Below are positions 41,334 to 42,765 of a stretch of DNA of 42,765 nt, one piece after another; the first letter of the stretch is position 1, and every line of letters begins with the position of its first letter. The notes under the pieces were generated by a model, which saw only the letters and a list, made by a program, of their open reading frames with translations, had not been told where the DNA came from and searched no databases. Origin of the DNA: a virus; the IMG/VR virus record IMGVR_UViG_3300045988_159064, positions 1 through 42,765 of that record; one strand, given 5' to 3'. Both the position numbers and the translations under genes were made by a program.

Positions 41334-42744
41334 TTCTACATATATCAGCAATAATAACAGCTATGCGAACGTCACCCCGCGCTGGATTGTTATTCATAAT
41401 ACAGATAACTACGCGGCCGGGGCGAACGCCCGAGCTCATGCTAGGGCGCAGCACGACGGCAATTTCAGCGGTTACAGCGCTCACGTTTTTGTTGATGATT
41501 CAGAAGCATACCAGGCAACCCCGTATAATAGAGGCTGCTGGCATGTTGGTGTAAATTATGGTTCTCATAATCTTTTTGGAACATGTTCAAATCATAATTC
41601 AGTAGGTATTGAGATGTGTGTAAATTCCGGCTATAACTACGAGAAGGCGTTTCAGAATACCGTTCAAGTATGCCGGCAATTAATGCAGCAGTTAGGCATT
41701 GACGCTGACCACGTGGTACAGCATTACGACGTATGCACCAAAAATTGCCCGTCTGCAATTAGAGCAAAGGGCGATTGGCAGCGATTCAAAAAGTTAATCA
41801 GTGCTAACCAAGCACCCTCATACGGCCAGAATCCGGCGAAACTATACCGAGTAAGAAAAACCTGGAAGGACAGCAAGAGCCAAATCGGCGCGTATGCAGT
41901 TCTGGGCAACGCAAAGAAAAATTGTCCGAGCGGGTACTCTGTATATGATGAAGCCGGCAAAGTTATCTATACAAACAAAAGCCACGAGCCCGTAAGAAGG
42001 AATGGAATGCAGGCGACAGAACTGAAAGGGTTGACCGCAAAAGAACTTATCTCCAAAGTCGGCCCGCTATTTACGGCAGACCAGAAAAAAAGCGGCGTTC
42101 TTGCCTCCGTGTCTATGGCACAGTTCATCCTTGAATCAGGTTGGGGAAAATCCGGACTGACCCAAAAGGCCAATAACTGTTTTGGTATGAAGAAAAACCT
42201 TTCCGGCAACACCTGGCCGGGTAGCACATGGGACGGAAAATCTGTTATCTCTATGAAAACCGGTGAGGAGACAGAGGACGGAAAGCCGTATACAATTACG
42301 GCCGAATTTAGGAAGTATGCCTGTATTGAGGACAGCATTGCAGACCACTCAGCATATCTGACCGGCGCGAAAGATGGCGACGAGTTACGTTATAAGGGGC
42401 TGAAAGGCTGCAAAAAGTATAAGCAGGCCGCACAAATTATCAAAGCCGGTGGCTACGCTACGAGCACCTCATATGTAAAAGCCCTCTGTGACATCATCAA
42501 AGAGTACAGCCTCACCGATTATGATGTGAAGAAAAAGGCGACAAAACCGGCAGCAAAGACATTTAAGGTACAGGTTACGGCCGATGATTTACGTATCCGA
42601 AAGACTCCGAGCCTGCAGGGCGAGATTGCAGGCTATACCGGCAAGGGGATTTTCACAATCACCGAGGAAAAGAACGGCTGGGGCAAATTGAAATCCGGCG
42701 CCGGCTGGATTTGCCTGACGGTCAGCTGTGTAAAGAGGGTATAA
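41317..42744 (+). CDS. Multi-domain endolysin: N-acetylmuramoyl-L-alanine amidase, then glucosaminidase, then an SH3-like C-terminus
   Basis: WIVIHNTDN, VGIEMC and HYDVCTKNCPS (amidase_2). SMAQFILESGWGKS and NNCFGMK (glucosaminidase). GWGKLKSGAGWI C-terminus. Confidence 0.9.
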   Translation: MKMKIDSTYISNNNSYANVTPRWIVIHNTDNYAAGANARAHARAQHDGNFSGYSAHVFVDDSEAYQATPYNRGCWHVGVNYGSHNLFGTCSNHNSVGIEMCVNSGYNYEKAFQNTVQVCRQLMQQLGIDADHVVQHYDVCTKNCPSAIRAKGDWQRFKKLISANQAPSYGQNPAKLYRVRKTWKDSKSQIGAYAVLGNAKKNCPSGYSVYDEAGKVIYTNKSHEPVRRNGMQATELKGLTAKELISKVGPLFTADQKKSGVLASVSMAQFILESGWGKSGLTQKANNCFGMKKNLSGNTWPGSTWDGKSVISMKTGEETEDGKPYTITAEFRKYACIEDSIADHSAYLTGAKDGDELRYKGLKGCKKYKQAAQIIKAGGYATSTSYVKALCDIIKEYSLTDYDVKKKATKPAAKTFKVQVTADDLRIRKTPSLQGEIAGYTGKGIFTITEEKNGWGKLKSGAGWICLTVSCVKRV

Positions 42745-42765
42745 AAAGCAGCAGCAAAAAAAAAC
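42647..42765. repeat. Terminal direct repeat, copy 2 (identical to 1-119)
   Basis: See copy 1. Confidence 0.95.

Noticed and set aside
1-42765. tRNA/tmRNA genes, a reverse transcriptase/DGR, group I introns or inteins in terL or the portal, and toxin-antitoxin pairs
   Set aside because: None of these was recognisable by eye. There are no cloverleaf-like segments in the intergenic regions and no YxDD motif. The terminase, portal and capsid genes have ordinary lengths and continuous frames. Absence should be confirmed with tRNAscan-SE, Infernal and HMM searches.

Overview
The window is a complete, circularly closed phage genome. Bases 1-119 are identical to 42647-42765, which is an assembly overlap, so the unique length is about 42,646 bp. 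It looks like a temperate siphovirus-type phage of a Gram-positive (Clostridia-like) host. The evidence for the host is AGGAGG Shine-Dalgarno sites, a multi-domain amidase/glucosaminidase/SH3 endolysin, XkdX, and a BspA-type LRR receptor-binding protein. Almost all genes are on the + strand.

Gene order is as follows:
- Tyrosine integrase (269-1534).
- Early region: SNF2 helicase, two copies of a three-gene module of unknown function, and an IbrA-like PAPS-reductase / IbrB-like ParB / methyltransferase-like trio.
- VRR-NUC nuclease, EcoRI-type N6-adenine methyltransferase and a small serine recombinase.
- DUF927-type P-loop helicase (16459-18843).
- An unusual 3.2-kb, almost gene-free block (18.85-22.07 kb).
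- Two tandem HNH endonucleases followed by an HK97-like packaging, head, tail and lysis module (22.5-42.7 kb).

The most interesting content is non-coding:
1. An array of at least 15 same-orientation iterons at 20.4-21.1 kb. It sits next to a gene for a protein with two HTH-like motifs, and the promoter of that gene contains the iteron core.
2. An ori-like, AT-only palindromic core flanked by GGGGCAG repeats, directly downstream of the helicase gene.
3. A phage-specific promoter-like element of about 40 bp, present in 13-14 copies.
4. Two multi-promoter, ORF-free arrays (4.4-4.9 kb and 15.5-16.4 kb) with sRNA-like units bounded by a promoter and a terminator.
5. A late-operon leader that resembles an attenuator.

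Only four genes have near-consensus host-type promoters. No tRNA, CRISPR array, reverse transcriptase or recognisable CI/Cro pair was seen. All protein family calls come from motifs read by eye; no database search was run.
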